From the NCBI GenBank assembly GCA_965112155.1, contig OZ218115.1: a DNA stretch of 64,000 nt. One strand, written 5' to 3'. Position 1 is the first letter of the stretch. Each line of letters opens with the position of its first letter. Positions 12,067 through 24,560 of this stretch are shown in pieces. The position numbers and the translations under genes were made by a program. The notes under the pieces were generated by a model that saw only the letters and a program-made list of their open reading frames with translations, was not told the origin of the DNA and made no database searches. This DNA comes from Podarcis liolepis (Eukaryota).

Positions 12067-13174
12067 TATAAAATGGAAGCAGACATCTCAGACACCAAGA
12101 AAACAAGGAGAAATGGGTCGTTCATTCAGTATATGATTCAGTGGGTGGGTGGAGCGGGAATAGAGGGAAAACTAGAAGCTGGAAGAACATGCCTGCAAAC
12201 AAAGCAAGGGTTTGTTCACATGTTAATTGCAAGAAGGAAAATGTAGTTACGCAGAGAGAAATTGTGGCAGCAAGGAGGAATGCATAAAATAGTTCAAACG
12301 AATGGCCTGGGGAGGGGGGGTGCTTAGGAAGTTGATAATGAGATAAGAAGCCTTTCACCTCTGGGTCTCTGCCTTGAGCACAGTCCTGATTGGTAGAATT
12401 GCTCCTGAGCAGATGCTCAGTGACCTGTACATCATTAACTTCTGGCCTTGAGGCCATGACCTTGCATTGCTGAAGTCGATAGATCTGCTGTTGACCTCTG
12501 TGACCAAAATAAGATACCCCAGTGGAGCTGACCCCCACCTCATGAACCTGACCATCCTCCTTTGCAGATGCCTACTTTAGATCCGGCCAGCCCGCCTGCA
12601 TCGCGTTAAGCCGTTGCCATCTCTCAAAAGTTGACTCTGTAGTCAAGGAAGCCATGTACAGGTGAATCTGAGTCTTGGAAAATCTCATCTGTTCAGTGCT
12701 CAAAACCGTGTGCTTTAACATCCTCTGTATTAATAATTAAGTTGCAGTAATGTTCAACCATAAAAAATATTGTATCAATTCATCCACAGATGGTTTCTGG
12801 TATTAAATATATTTCTTTTTCCAGCTAAAAGGTAAGAGGGGCGAAAGTGTTTCTGTGTTTCACCAAGTCAGACCATTGCTTAGTTTAGCCTAGTACTGTC
12901 TCCTCTGGTTAGCAGCTGCTGCTGCTGCTGTCCAAAATCTCCGGCAGAGAGGCCTTTCTCAGCTCTGTTCCCCAAGATCCTTTGTTCCACTGGGATGCCA
13001 AGGATTCAGCTGAACTGTGGACCTTTTGCATACAAACCCTGATTGACCTCAGTTCTCCCTTGCTCTCTCTCTCTTACACACACACGAAGTGCTTTTACTG
13101 GCCTTGCACTCCTGTGTCTTTCCACAGCAGAACCACATGCAAAATCTGAGGCAGGCAGTAATTATTAGCAGAGC

Positions 13175-13353
13175 TAAAACTGTAGCTCAGGGGCAAAGCA
13201 TCAGCCTTGCTTGCAGAAGGGTTCCTGGTGCAATCCTTGGTGTCTGAAGATAGGGCTGGTCGATGTCCTTGTCTGAAACCCTGGAGAGCCATTGCCAGTC
13301 AGTGCAGTGATGACTGGCCTAGATGGACCAGTGATGTGATGCAGCCTCCTATG
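13175..13353 (+). mobile_element. Decayed tRNA-derived squamate SINE (same family as 44740-44921)
   Basis: TGTAGCTCAG head; CTGAAACCCTGGAGAGCC..TGCCAGTCAGTG..CTAGATGGACCA body. Confidence 0.7.
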
Positions 13354-13847
13354 CTGGCTTGATAAGCGGCCAAGCTCCCCATCTATTTATTAAGGCATAA
13401 GCAAAAGCTCATGTTATCTGTGGTGCAGAGAGTTGCCCTGACACTGCATCACAAATAGCCTTAAAAGTACAAGTGTCAATCCCTATTTCAAAGATTATCT
13501 CCTTTGTTTAGCCTGAGCTAGTGAAGCTTTTCTTGACGTAGAGATAAAGAAATGGGAAGAAATGCAAGGCCGGTCGCTGATGCGCACAAAGACCTCCATC
13601 TCCTGTGATATCTTAAATACGTACTTCAGCGGAGGGGGAAATTCATGAATGCATCCCCATTGCAGAGGCTTAAGAGATAACTCTCTAAATCAGGAGTTCC
13701 CAAACTTTGACCTGTGAGCTTCGTTCAGGGGTCTGTGGTGTGTCTGTGGATTTGTGCCTGAAGACAGGACGTGACCACATCCAAGTCGTTAAATAGTCAC
13801 AATGATTTTTAACTGTATTTTTATTGCATCTTTTATTTTGTATAATA

Positions 13848-14098
13848 CAGTCATACCTTGGATCCCGAATGCTTTGGTACTCAGACGTTTTGGCTCCCAA
13901 ACACTGCAAACCCGCAAGTGAGTGTTCCAGTTAGCAAACGTTCTTTGGAAGCAGAAACGTCCGACGGGGCTTCCACGGCTTCCAGTTGGCTGAAGGAACT
14001 TCCTGCCGCCAATCAGAAGCCACGCTTTGGTTTCCGAACATTTTGGAAGTCGAACGGACTTCCGGAACAGATTCTGTTTGACTTCCAAGGTACGACTG
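13848..14098. mobile_element. Tc1/mariner-type MITE nested in a hAT-like fragment that starts at 13691
   Basis: TA|CAGTCATACCTTGGA ... TCCAAGGTACGACTG|CA. The host begins CAGGAGTTCCCAAAC. Confidence 0.8.
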
Positions 14099-14161
14099 CA
14101 TGGCATTCAAATCGTAAGGCAATAAAATACAAGAGGTGGGGGGAGGATTGTTAAGTGGTCC

Positions 14162-14322
14162 NNNNNNNNNNNNNNNNNNNNNNNNNNNNNNNNNNNNNNN
14201 NNNNNNNNNNNNNNNNNNNNNNNNNNNNNNNNNNNNNNNNNNNNNNNNNNNNNNNNNNNNNNNNNNNNNNNNNNNNNNNNNNNNNNNNNNNNNNNNNNNN
14301 NNNNNNNNNNNNNNNNNNNNNN
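14162..14322. other. Assembly gap (161 N)
   Basis: Run of N. Confidence 1.
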
Positions 14323-15820
14323 CATATACAATCAAAACACAATTTCGTCTTTTCTCTTATTTTTGTTGTCTCCCTACCCCGTTTTTCATGTTTCTCCCCT
14401 TCTGTTGCACCCTATCTTCTATTAAATCATAACCTCAACAGCACTGTTATCTAACTCTAGGATCAGGGACTTGAGAACCTCAGCTCTGAAGACTGAATGT
14501 GGTCCTCAGGCTCTTCCCAGGCCACACACCTTCCCAGTCCAGAAAGGTAAGAACCACACCTGTTGCTTCACCCACCTTTGCCTCTGTCCCTATCCAGGAC
14601 TGCCATGATAAAGTGTGACCCCCCCCCCCCAGGCTGAAAAAGCTTCTCCATCCTGCTCAAGACTGTGGGGTTTGGGTCGTCTTCCAAGTGATAAGCCTCC
14701 ATGCTCAGTCATAGTAACCCAAAGTGTATCCATAAGGGATACCTCTAACCAAAATACGGTATATTGGAACGAGAGAGACAGATGGATTCCTGAAGCACCT
14801 CATTATATCACTGCAATAGACACTTTTTTCTTTTGGCAGAATACATAGGAACCTGCATTTTGACATAGCTCACTGAACTGTGTTCACTACCTCTTGTCAT
14901 TACAATGAGGCTTCTTGCGTAATGTTTCTGTTGAAAAAGAAGCGCTAAATATGAAAAGTCATTTCACGATCTGACTGGCAATGGTAACTTTGGCCTGTAG
15001 CTGCAGAAGCTGTATCTGCACAATTCAGAGCTCATTAACCACGGCACTAAAACACCAAGGCATTAAAATAACATTAATGAGTGCAATAACAGACTCTTGC
15101 ATTTTTCTCACTGACTGACCATTCCATTAAGGTATGCCTATATTACTTAACATGAACAGAAACACTGTGTTGAATGCTGTTACTTACAGCTAGAAATGAG
15201 CTGGCATTCCATAACAAACTTTATGCAGGTAATGGTTCATTCGTTCGTTCGTTATATTTCTACGCCACTTTTCACTCATACGAGCCACAAAGGAGCTTAC
15301 AAACCATTGTTGGTTTAGTGCTACGGACAGGGCCAGCCCAAGACATTTTGGAACCTGAGGCAAATCACAAAAATGGCGGTCCCCTTCCCGCCAGGGAAGA
15401 AGGGGTGAGTGAAGATCTACGTCAGAGACAAGGCGGGAATAAAGATCTGCATTGGGATCCGCTGGCCCTATAAATCTTGCCACCTGAGACGGTTGCCTCA
15501 ACTTGCCTCATGTATGGGCCAGCCTTGGCTAACTGTAGGACTTATTGTGGAGTTAGAATGCTCCATTACGCCTTCCCAGGATTGGTGGACTTACCTAAAA
15601 TAGACACATGGATGTAGGCAATGTCTGAGGCAATTGCCTCACCTTGCCTCTGGGTAGGCTGGCCCTGCTGGGCACTGTAGTTGCTGGAAATCGTAACTAT
15701 GTGCGGGGTAAACCATAGTGCCCAGAAGTCTATGAGGGAAATAACGTGCTTCAAATGGACTTTAAGGCAATGGTTCCTGACCTTTTCGGTATGACATCCC
15801 ACAAGTCCAAATTTACTTGG

Positions 15821-15822
<2 letters not shown>

Positions 15823-15869
<47 letters not shown>

Positions 15870-16696
15870 TATTATTATTTATACCCCGCCCATCTGGCTG
15901 GGTTTCCCCAGCCACTCTGGGCGGCTTCCAAAAGAATATTAAAATACTGTGATACATCAAACATTAAAAGCTTCCCTAAACAGGGCTGCCTTCAGATGTC
16001 TTCTAAAAGTCTGGTAGTTGTTGTTCTCTTTGACATCTGGTGGGAGGGCGTTCCACAGGGAGGGTGCCACTACCGAGAAGGCCCTCTGCCTGGTTCCCTG
16101 TAACTTGGCTTCTCGCAGTGAGGGAACCACCAGAAGGCCCTCGGTGCTGGACCTCAGTGTCCGGGTAGAACGATGGAGGTGGAGACGCTCCTTCAGGTAT
16201 ACTGGACCGAGGCCGTTTAGGGCTTTAAAGGTCAGCACCAACACTTTGAATTGTGCTCGGAAACGTACTGGGAGCCAATGTAGGTCTTTCAAGACCGGTG
16301 TTATATGGTCTCGGCGGCCGCTCCCAGTCACCAGTCTGGCTGTTGCATTCTGGATTAGTTGTAGTTTCCGGGTCACCTTCAAAGGTAGCCCCACGTAGAG
16401 TGCATTGCAGTAGTCCAAGCGGGAGATAACAAGAGCATGCACCACTCTGGCGAGACAGTCTGCAGGCAGGTAGGGTCTCAGCCTGCGTACCAGGTGGAGC
16501 TGGTACACAGCTGCCCTGGACACGGATTTAACCTGTGCCTCCATGGACAGCTGTGAGTCCAAAATGACTCCCAGGCTGCACACCTGGTCCTTCAGGGGCA
16601 CAGTTACCCCATTCAGGACCAGGGAATCCTCCACACCTGCCCGCCTCCTGTCCCCCAGAAACAGTACTTCTGTCTTGTCAGGATTCAATCTCAACG
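15823..16696 (-). mobile_element. L2-clade LINE 3' fragment with (TAT)n tail
   Basis: ORF 15957-16694 contains LNPDKTE, LGVILD, SRLDYCN, LQLIQN.TARL and HITPVLKDLHWLPV. (AAT)n tract at 15823-15868. Confidence 0.92.
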
Positions 16697-16849
16697 GGTA
16701 TGGTGACCCGTTGATTTATTGTCAACTGAATTTTGGACCTTAGGCCTCCTCTGCTGCCAGTTGCAAGACAGCAGTTCCCAAGTGTTAAAATAAAATGCAT
16801 GAGCCTTTCTAAGATTCATTTACAAGTGTTAACAAAGCATTATAGCATA

Positions 16850-17682
16850 CCGTATTTTTCGCACCATAGGACGCACCGGACAATAGGATGCACCTTGTTT
16901 TAGAGGAGGGAGAACAAGGGAAAAAAATTCTTCCGCTCTTTGCCCAGCACCCCTTCAGTGAAGCGGCAGGAGGTGCTGCGCAGAGAGTGGGAGAACTTTC
17001 CCCCTCTTGTTTTCCCGCTCTAAAACAAGGTGCCGTTTAAGGTGCATTCAGGCGGCTACCTTGGAAGCCTGGAGAGCGAGAGGGGTCGGTGCGCACCGAC
17101 CCCTCTCACTCTCCAGGCTTCAGGTTCCTTTCGACCTGCTCTTTGGGGCTAGCGGGGGGAAGCCCACCACCAGCCCCAAAGAGCAAGTCAGGGAGCAGCG
17201 GAAAGGCGCAGCTGAGAGGCTGTTGCCATAGCCGCGCGTCACCTCTCCAGCTGGGAGAGGGGCGCGGGGCTATGGCTGCTTTAGCCCCGTGCTCGCTCTC
17301 CCGGCTGGAGAGGTAATGCTCAGCTATGGAGGCTCCTGCCATAGGCGCGCGTCACCTGGGAGAGGGTCGCGGGGGGCTTCTTTCGCCCCGCACGCGCTCT
17401 CCCGGCTGGAGAGGTGACGCGCGCCTATGGAGGCTCCTGCCATAGGCGCGCGTCACCTCTCCAGCCGGGAGAGGGTCGCGGGGGGTCTGCTTTAGCCCCG
17501 CGCCCGCTCTCCCAGCTGGAGAGGTGACGCGCGGCTATAGAGGCTCCTGCCATAGCCCCGCGTTACCTCTCCAGCCGGGAGAGGGTCGCAGGGCTATGGC
17601 GTCTTCGCTCCATAGGACGCACACACATTTCCCCTTCATTTTTGAAGGGGAAAAAGTGCGTCCTATAGAGCGAAAAATACGG
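16850..17682. mobile_element. Tc1/mariner (pogo-like) non-autonomous element with internal GC-rich hairpin repeats
   Basis: TA|CCGTATTTTTCGCACCATAGGACGCAC ... GTGCGTCCTATAGAGCGAAAAATACGG|TA. Confidence 0.9.
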
Positions 17683-17732
17683 TACCAAGAAAGCAAGAAG
17701 CTGTAAGAGGAATTCATCACATCAGTTAAGGA

Positions 17733-18479
17733 TGTAGCAGGAACCCCCCCACCCCAATCATTCTGTTTGTACAAACTTCACACACACTCACACTCACACA
17801 CTACATACGCCACATTTCTGTTATAAATTCATAGAAAATCAACCATACATCGGATTTGCACTGTTCCATTTTATTTTACTCCATATGACAAGGACTATCA
17901 AAGGGGGGTGGCTTGGTTCTGGTCAGCCATAATCCCTTCACCATCCCAGCACATCCACAGGAGCCCTGCCCAGTTGCTATGCCAACCCTGATGATCCCAG
18001 ACAGAAGACAATCAAGATCACAAAGAACTTGCATATGGGAGTGGATTCAGCATGGACTGAAACAAAGGACAATGATCAGATCTTCCCTCTGGGGGCAGGA
18101 AACTGCCAACTCCCCTTTGTCTCCTGGAAGTGACTCATGGGCAGGGGGAAAGGAGGAACCAGCCAGGTGACAGGACACTCAGGTTACCACCTCAACCCCT
18201 CCTTTCTGTAATGTATGCATGATGCCAACCCCTCCTTTCTGTAATGTATGCATGATGTTTCTGGGGATGGGCTTGAGCTAGAGGATGGGAATTTCAAAAG
18301 TTTTTATAAGGTCTTGCACACAATCTTTCTGGGTCTTTCCTCTCTCCTGCAAGTGAGGGGAACACCCTATTGCAACAGTTCAATAAAGGCCAAGCCTACA
18401 GGCTGCTGTTTTGCTCCAAGTTATCCTGGTTGTTGTCTTTGTTTTTGTCCAAGGGAGCCCTCGGATTTTTCCGGTAACA
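17733..18479 (+). mobile_element. Probable ERV-like solo LTR
   Basis: TGTAGC...GTAACA ends; TTTTATAAGG at ~18301; AATAAA 18382-18387; 33-bp tandem duplication 18193-18257. An AGGA TSD works only if one A was lost, so the left boundary is uncertain. Confidence 0.6.
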
Positions 18480-20249
18480 GGATTACAAGCAATAATTTTT
18501 CTGGGACTACTTAGAGAGCCTGCAACCCACTTGCACAGACTTTGTGACCTACTCACAAGTAGGTTCAAAAATGCTGCTTTAAGGTATAGTGTGTGCACAG
18601 ACATTTTGTCTAGTTCAGGCCTAAGACACTTGATGGGGAGATTGTTGAGATCAATATCAAGATGTATCTTAAACCTGGGTCTTTCACAACACTAGTGCCC
18701 CTCATGCACTCAATGTTGTGTGCTTTGCCGCAAAATGGGGTTGTTGTAGAGGCCACACCCCTGGAATCAGGCATTGGTGTGGATGCGTCAAGTGACAAAG
18801 CCCATGTACAATCACACATGGGCTTGCACACAGATGGGGCACCCACACAATTGGGCAGAGGCTTTGTCAGTTCAAATGGCTTCCAATGTGCTCGATGAAC
18901 AGGGATAGGACCAACAGGGCAGCCTCGCTCTGTAATAATTGTGCAATTTCCCCTCTTGGTGTGATTCACAAGTGCAGGGCAATACTGAAAGCCCTGATCT
19001 TGTTAAGTTCAAAGTTATTTTGGCATTGGGGAGTTCTATTATAACTGGAAATATTTCACATTATCAAATTTGACAGGAAAGTAAGAAAGGTTGTCTATCT
19101 TATAGAGGATGGCAATTTTTACTTATTACCTCTTAAAGCTATATCATGCTTAATAGACACGCTATATTCTTCCTTCAAAATCCTGCAGAAGACTCCTTTA
19201 TGGAGACTGGTTAAACTGATATTCTGGTTAAAAGCTTGAAAGTTATTTGATTCCTGTCTAGGTAGATCTCATTAAAAATTCATTCAGTTAATGAATTCGT
19301 AAGTTTCACTAAATATCCACCACCGAATAAAAGCAAGCTGTAATGTTAGGGTATGCTACTAACTCTAGTATTAAGGCAATATTTTGGCAACAGATCAGGG
19401 TAATTTAGTACACTGTCACAGCCTAGCCAAACATTTCAGTTTTGTGTTCTTAAGCAAAATTAACTGTTTATTTTTCAAGACACCTTTTCTGATTGATTTT
19501 GACAGCGGAACAGGGCATTGCTGAACTAATTAAACATCTGGGATTATCAACTGAAAATTAATCTTCATGTTCAGACTCTGCATTGGTTATGCAACCTCCG
19601 GAGACACCACAGAAATCCCAATGGCCATTCCAAGCCTTAGAAATTCCAGGCTCTGAAGGCAACTAATTTGCCTGACAATCGCAACAGTGTCTGAAAACTA
19701 GTATTAACTAACCAATTAAACAAGCCTAATTTATTTGGAAAATAAAAATAGATCAATTTTCTAGCTCTCCCCCAATACACACCACCATCTCTATGAAGCA
19801 ACCAATCTATTTCTAATCCCTTTTATAAAATTGTATTTATTAATCATTTTGCTTTGTGTTAAATCTCAGTTTGCACGACTGTTCTGCAATATAGGGGGAA
19901 GACTGAGAGGAACTTCCAAGTAAATGTGTTTGGGATTCAGGCATAAAGTTCAATGATTTGAATGCGTTGTATAGCTGCAGAGGAATTTGAGTGTGACATA
20001 GGATATTCCCCAAACACAGGTATATACAGCTGAATCCTGTCCATGTTTATCCAGAAACAACTCCCACCAAGTTCAGTAGGGCTTACTGCCAGGTGCAAAT
20101 GTCTGCAGCCTGCCTTAGCAGGAAGTCCCATAATTTCAGTCCTATGCACTCCCAGTTATGTGCCTGGATGCCCCAGATTTATGCTTCCAGACAGCAGCAT
20201 TTGAGCAATGAAGGCCACATAATTAGCACTGGTTTTTAATCGGGGCTTT

Positions 20250-21200
20250 TGGGGGGCGACGGGGCTACTCAGGAAGTATTCACGCTCCTCTCCAGCGCTT
20301 GTTGTCGGCGGCAGGTTCTTGCGAGTCTGCAAGCATGGTTGCCAGATGTTCCACCCATGAAAGGGCAGTCCAAAAACCATGACAGCCTCGCGCAACGCAC
20401 TTGATTCGTCCTCTTGCGAGGCGCAACCCTCCCCCTTCTCTCCCTTACAGGCCTCCGGAGCGTCCCTTCCTTTATTTTTACATTAAACCCGCCGCCAAGG
20501 TAGAATTTAGCAGCGCTGGACGGAAAACACACTGCGCACTAAAGGTTTCCTTTAAAAATACACACAAACAGCTGGGTCGTGCGCCCAAGCGGGCGCAAGC
20601 AAGCGGGCCAGCCAGCGAGCAAGCAATCGGAATCGTAAAAGCTCCTTGTTCGCGTTAGGCAGAGTTGCTGCACTCATTATTATTATTATTATTGCTATTC
20701 TTGTTGTGAAGTTGCGGGGAGCCCAGATCAAGATCGTTGATTGACAACCGCAGAGGCAAGCTGTGGCCACGCAGCCTGCAGTCCCTGGAGCTGCTCTGTG
20801 CTAGTAAATAATAGATCCCTCGATTTCTCTCCTCCTCCAACGTCCGTCCCCCCCCCCCCGCCCCAATTCCTCCTCCTCCTCCTCCTCCATCAGTCAGATC
20901 CCCAGCTTTGTCCGGGCAGCTCTTTCATCGCCTGCTTCCCACACTGCCTCCCCTCCTCCCTCCCTCGCTGTCCTCAATGCATGATGGATGGAGAGCCAGC
21001 CCGGGGAGCTGGAGCGATCAAGCCTCGTGCAATCGCCCGGCCGTCCAATCGATTGCACCACCAAAAAAATAAATAAAATAAAAATGCTATTTGTTTCACT
21101 TCCTAGCACCGGGGAGGACGGCTTCCCGAAAGAAAGCGTGTCTTAAATTTAAAAGGAGGCGGTGGGGGAGGGCGAGAAACAGGATCCATTTCCTCGCCAA
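20250..21200. promoter_or_regulatory. Upstream CpG-rich, repeat-free segment (possible alternative promoter or enhancer)
   Basis: Abrupt rise in CpG density with no recognisable transposable element. Confidence 0.6.
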
Positions 21201-22379
21201 GTGCGCACCAGGAAGGAAATTCGTTGCTATTAATTAAGGAATTGCAACGAAACCAAGCACCCCCAGTCCTGTCTTTCCTTGCTTGCAATGACACTTTGCG
21301 CTTCCTTCCACGAAAGGAGAGCCCTTTCCTTGCTGAAGAAGTGCCAGAAGGCCAGCAATGGGGCAGATAAAGATTTATTATTTTCCAAGGCCCCCTGGTT
21401 GCTTGCCTTCCCCTTCCCGCCCACTCCTCCCCCTAGATCGCCAGGAACAAAGAAGGGGGAAAGCGTCTGGGAGCTGGGGGGGGGGTGTTGTGTTTGAGGA
21501 TGATTCCGGGTTTGGCTCGTCGGGTCTGCCTGAGGCAGAGCTCTCCAGCGCTATTGATCTCTGCACATTTCACCCCGTGGTCGCCAAGAGAGGTTTCCTG
21601 TCTCTGTGGAAACTCTGTCTCCGGATCCCATGTGTCAGAGCTCATCTGGGAGAGCATTTCTTCCTCGAAAACGGCATCAGCTGGAGAGATGCGAGGCCGC
21701 TGTTCCCCAGCCTCTGACAGTTAACTCATTTCATGCAGCCGTGCAATCAGTCACATGCACGGGTGCAATATAAGACCACCCCCCTTTATTATGCAATGTG
21801 CGGATAAACACACACCTACTATAATAATATTAAATAAATGTTCTGTATTCCTGTCCATTATAGCCACGGAGAAAACACAGCGACCCTCGTTCCATTTTAT
21901 TTTTAAAAAGCAACTCTTAACACATGCAAGGAGGGAGTAGAGAGGCGCTCGGTTTGTTCCCCTTCTCCGCCTTACAGACTTTCGGCACAAGCTCGGGGTT
22001 TTATAATCCGAATTAATTAATCCGGAACAAGTACCGCCGCTTGGTTCCGTTTACACACTCGCAAACGTGACTGTCTTCACTCCTCCCATACTTCTCCGTT
22101 GAGGGTGAGAAATATCCGCTCTTGCAGCAACCCTGATGATACACCGGGATGAGTAAAAGGGCGTTAAGGGCCATCACAGACCCGGTCGGGGCAGGTGATG
22201 CGGAGTGTGCGCCCTTAGTGGTTATTGGCAGAGTTACAGGGCTGAGTAAGTCACCCTTGCCCAGTCCTCACACAGCACCTGGAGGTAGGAAAAGAGACTG
22301 CACTGCAGGGTTAGCTTTGTGGATGTAGGAAGCCCCTATGAGAGGTAGATCCAGCCTCTTTTGCCACCTAGAACCCTTT

Positions 22380-24560
22380 AATGTCTGGAGCTGCTAGTAC
22401 GATTGGATGCAGTTGCGACGAAGAAGAGGTGCGGAAGAAAGGAAAATCGGGAGGAGGTCGAAAAGGCGGCTATTTCCATAGGAAGGGGAACTGCACGCTG
22501 GCGCAATCGATCGCCGTCTCTGCATGAGTCCCTGTTCTGATACAGTTCTGCAAACACGCCGTTTCCTGTTTCTGGCCGATCCAAGCGGACGGGGCTGGTC
22601 CCGAAGTGAGAAAGGAAAAAAATAAGAAAAGCTTGTTGACAACACCCCCCCTCCATTGCATAGTTTACGCGGCGCTTTAGAGGCCGGCGTCAGCGGAGCT
22701 GGGAGGGAGGGAGTTTCTCATTCGGGGTCTGCAGTAGCAGAGGCGAGAAACTTCTTTTTCCCAGGGACCTGGGATACAAAAAAAGAGACGGCGGCACAAA
22801 GGCAGATCCCGATATTATTTCTTGCAAACGGGCGCGCACGCTCTCTGCTCTCCGCCGTCTCCCAGCGCCACACCGGATGCGAATCGGGAGTGGATTTCGC
22901 CGCTGTCCCGCCAGTATTTTGGAGAGGAGGGCCCAAGGGTGTGCGTGTGCGTGTTTAGAAATCCGCTGCGTGGATGCCCTTCGCTTTCCCTCCCCCCTGA
23001 CGGCGTGCTGCTGCTGCTTTTGCAAAGAGGCGGTGCTGCTGCGAGCAGCAGCTGCTGCTGCGTTTCCTGGGGAGATCGGCTACCTTTGTTTTTCTCTTGC
23101 ACCGAATTCCACCCCCACGAGGAACACCCCGCACACGCTCGTGGGCCGGGCGTGGAGGAGGCAGGCGGGGGGGGGGCGGCAAGCGAGGGGCAGCTGCCGC
23201 TTCTCTCTCCCTTTTTCTCCTCCCCTCCTCCCTCCCCTTCGCTTCCCTTCCACCCCCCCCCCCCCGTGTACTTTGCTCGGCTGCTCCTCCTCCTCTTAAG
23301 GAAGTTTCCTCCCCCTCTTCTTCTCTTCTTCTTCTACGAGCGCCGCCGCTGCACTTCCCCATATTTCCCAGCCTTGCCTAACCGCCCGCCCCAACTACTC
23401 CCGGGTTGGGGGGGGGGGAGAGAGAGAGAGGAAGGGCTTTGGCCGGCGGACCCCCCTTTCCTCCAGCGCGGTGGGGCTGAGCCGGGCACCGGCGCCCCCC
23501 GGCCCCTAAGCGAGGCCGAATGCCGGTGGCAGCGGCGGCGGCCAACTCGCACCCCCGCGCGGTGCAGCAGCCCGACGCCCGCCCCTTCGCCGCCTCCGTC
23601 CGCCTCCGGGACCGGGACCCCGCCAAGCAGCACCAAGGCGCCGAGGAGCGCCCCGAGCCCCACCACCGCCACGGCGGCCAGGCCGCCGGGGAGGCGGCGG
23701 CGAGGGCAGCCGGCGGCAGAACGGCGGCTCCTTCCGGCGCCGCTTCGCCGCCCGCCCTGCTGGCTTTCTCGCCGTCTTCTCCGCCGGGCCCGCCGCCGCC
23801 GGAGCCCCCACGGACTCGCTCGCGCTCCCGCTCCGGATTCTTCAGCCTCCTCGCCATGAACGGCGGCGGCGCCACAGCCACGGCAGCTGCCGCCGCCGCC
23901 GCGCACTTCCAGCCGCCGCCGCCTCCGCCTGCCCCGCCGCATCTCCATGGGCCGAGCCTGCCCGAGTTGGGCGCCCGCAGCCAAGGCAGAGGGAGCCCCG
24001 CTGGACACGGGCACCCCAGGGCCCCGCCGGGAGCCAGGGCGCCCGCGCCAGGTAATGGGGGGGGGTTTGGGCGAGGGAGTGTGGGGCGCTGGGGGGCGGC
24101 CATGTGGGAATGGGGGGGGCGGCTGTGGGGAGTAAACATGGGGGGGTCTCGGGGGGGGGGGAAGAGGCCGGCGGCGAAGCGAGGAGGAGGCAGCCTCTGA
24201 GGGAACGGGAGGTGACAGGATGTTTGTGAGGTGACTAATAAGTGGGTGCTGAGGTGAATTCCGCGTGAGGCGCCGAGCAAATATTCCAGAAGGCGGGGGC
24301 TGGGAACAAAAAAACGGGGGGGGGACACCCCACAAAACGGGAGGAAGGATAAAAATAAAAAAAACTTGGGAATGCCTTGGCCCAGCCTTCAACTTAATCC
24401 TGTTTACTTGGGAGTTGGAAGTCCCACCGAGTTCAATAGGGCGCAACTTCCTCGTGAAGTGCGTTGAGGATGCCCGCCTCGTCGAAAGAGCGCTGGCTCC
24501 TCAAAGCCTCCTGGCTTTTAAAATGATGCCTTAATTTGCCAGGTGCGGGGTCTAAAGAGA
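22380..24560 (+). promoter_or_regulatory. Main CpG island: promoter, 5'UTR and exon 1
   Basis: Very high GC and CpG content, GCC/CCG runs, C-rich 5'UTR-like tract, and G-runs after the donor. Downstream sequence appears T/G-skewed on the + strand. Confidence 0.92.
23856..24051 (+). CDS. First coding exon of an unidentified gene (MNGGGATATAAAAAAAHFQPPPPPP...RAPAP; phase-1 donor), with a possible in-frame extension from ATG 23520
   Basis: Good Kozak context CTCGCC-ATG; Ala/Pro low-complexity N-terminus; donor CAG|GTAATG at 24051/24052 followed by G-rich intronic sequence. Confidence 0.7.

Noticed and set aside
13931-14454. ORFs spanning poly-X
   Set aside because: Artefacts of the N gap.
23520-24051. 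Assigning the exon to CBFA2T3 or CABLES1 from short matches (RLRDR, PPPEPPR, FSLLA)
   Set aside because: The matches are short and low-complexity, and diagnostic conserved motifs are missing, so the symbol is left blank.
22822-24446. Long overlapping ORFs (345, 370 and 316 aa) on both strands
   Set aside because: Stop-poor by-products of the CpG island; low complexity and non-ATG starts.
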